Notes under the pieces: generated by a model
Database searches by the model: none
What the model was told of the DNA's origin: nothing
The model's input: the letters and a program-made list of their open reading frames with translations, nothing else
IMG/VR virus record: IMGVR_UViG_3300029248_000131
Source: a virus
Taxonomy: Duplodnaviria > Heunggongvirae > Uroviricota > Caudoviricetes
Length of the DNA: 6,650 nt
Direction: 5' to 3' (one strand)
Program-made: the position numbers and the translations under genes
Shown here: positions 6,224 to 6,650 of the stretch, in pieces
Layout of the letters: the number at the start of each line of letters is the position of its first letter
How positions within the stretch are numbered: the stretch's first letter is position 1

Positions 6224-6403
6224 CTACTCCTGTTCTTTGGCCTTGCGCCGCTGGCGGCGTTTGATCTCGCCTTTTGCGGCAGTAACTAAAAAACCAGCGG
6301 TACTTTCGCCAGGTTCTTTAAGTTGCTCAATATCATCCATTACTTCATGTGGGATTCTGACAGTTGTCATTTGTGATTTTGCGTTCTTTGCACCAGTTGC
6401 CAT
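6224..6403 (-). CDS. Small ribbon-helix-helix-like DNA-binding protein (59 aa), putative
   Basis: Internal start of ORF-track ORF 6224-6580: ATG at 6403-6401 with AGGAG (rev-comp of 6412-6416) 8 nt upstream. MATGAKNAKSQMTTVRIPHEVMDDIEQLKEPGESTAGFLVTAAKGEIKRRQRRKAKEQE has a beta-strand (TTVRIP) plus two-helix pattern and a basic tail, like Arc/MetJ-type or small prophage regulators. The 59 codons upstream of this ATG in the ORF-track ORF read as low-complexity antisense-like sequence over an AT-rich region. Confidence 0.5.
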   Translation of the reverse strand: MATGAKNAKSQMTTVRIPHEVMDDIEQLKEPGESTAGFLVTAAKGEIKRRQRRKAKEQE

Positions 6404-6469
6404 TTCTGGATCTCCTAAAAATTGGTGTATGTCAGTATACGCAAAAAAAATGATAAAAAAAGGCTTGAA

Positions 6470-6515
6470 GTGTATTTCACCAGTGAGTAAATTAAAAAGC
6501 AAAGGTGAAATACAC
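6470..6515. promoter_or_regulatory. Perfect 12-bp inverted repeat GTGTATTTCACC-N22-GGTGAAATACAC in the upstream region of the small RHH-like gene
   Basis: GTGTATTTCACC (6470-6481) and its exact reverse complement GGTGAAATACAC (6504-6515), separated by an AT-rich 22-bp spacer, in the AT-rich region with A-runs upstream of the minus-strand start at 6403. Confidence 0.35.
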
Positions 6516-6650
6516 CTGAAAGAGCAACGCCCCGCAGTGCTCGCAACACATGCAGGGCGTCTAACCACCAACGATAGCAAGAGTATCGAGGTAGCTATGA
6601 GAAATCATACCACACACCCGCAAGGGCGGGACTCGCACAACCTGAATAAA

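Noticed and set aside
6404-6580. N-terminal extension of ORF-track minus ORF 6224-6580 (118-aa version)
   Set aside because: The extra 59 codons cover the AT-rich inverted-repeat region and read as low-complexity sequence; the internal ATG at 6403 has a strong AGGAG RBS.
6597-6650. Possible + strand gene start (ATG 6597, GAGGT upstream) running off the right edge
   Set aside because: Only 18 codons are visible, so it cannot be supported as a feature; noted as context for the divergent regulatory region.
1-6650. CRISPR array, rRNA, insertion sequence or transposase
   Set aside because: No regularly spaced direct repeats with unique spacers, no rRNA-like conserved blocks, no transposase-like ORF or terminal inverted repeats flanking one.

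Overview
This window looks like a mosaic mobile-element junction at a tRNA-Thr attachment site, of the kind seen in enterobacterial genomic islands and phage satellites. Left part (1-2460): the start of a strongly AT-rich family-3 acyltransferase gene on the minus strand (runs off the left edge), a repeat-rich spacer with a strong hairpin terminator, and two minus-strand genes of unknown function (57 aa and 190 aa). Centre: a 46-nt 5'-truncated tRNA-Thr(CGU) 3' fragment (2461-2506), then a dense repeat array and a GTG-initiated P4-family tyrosine integrase. Right part: int, an unrecognised lower-GC 251-aa gene, twin palindromic operator-like sites, an AlpA-like regulator, an AntA-domain antirepressor-like gene, and a convergent small ribbon-helix-helix-like gene with an inverted repeat upstream. 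No rRNA, CRISPR array or transposase was seen. I cannot name a defined novel system from sequence alone. The best follow-up candidates are the 251-aa cargo gene beside int and the 190-aa/57-aa gene pair beside the att site. All family assignments are by-eye motif recognition and need a database search.
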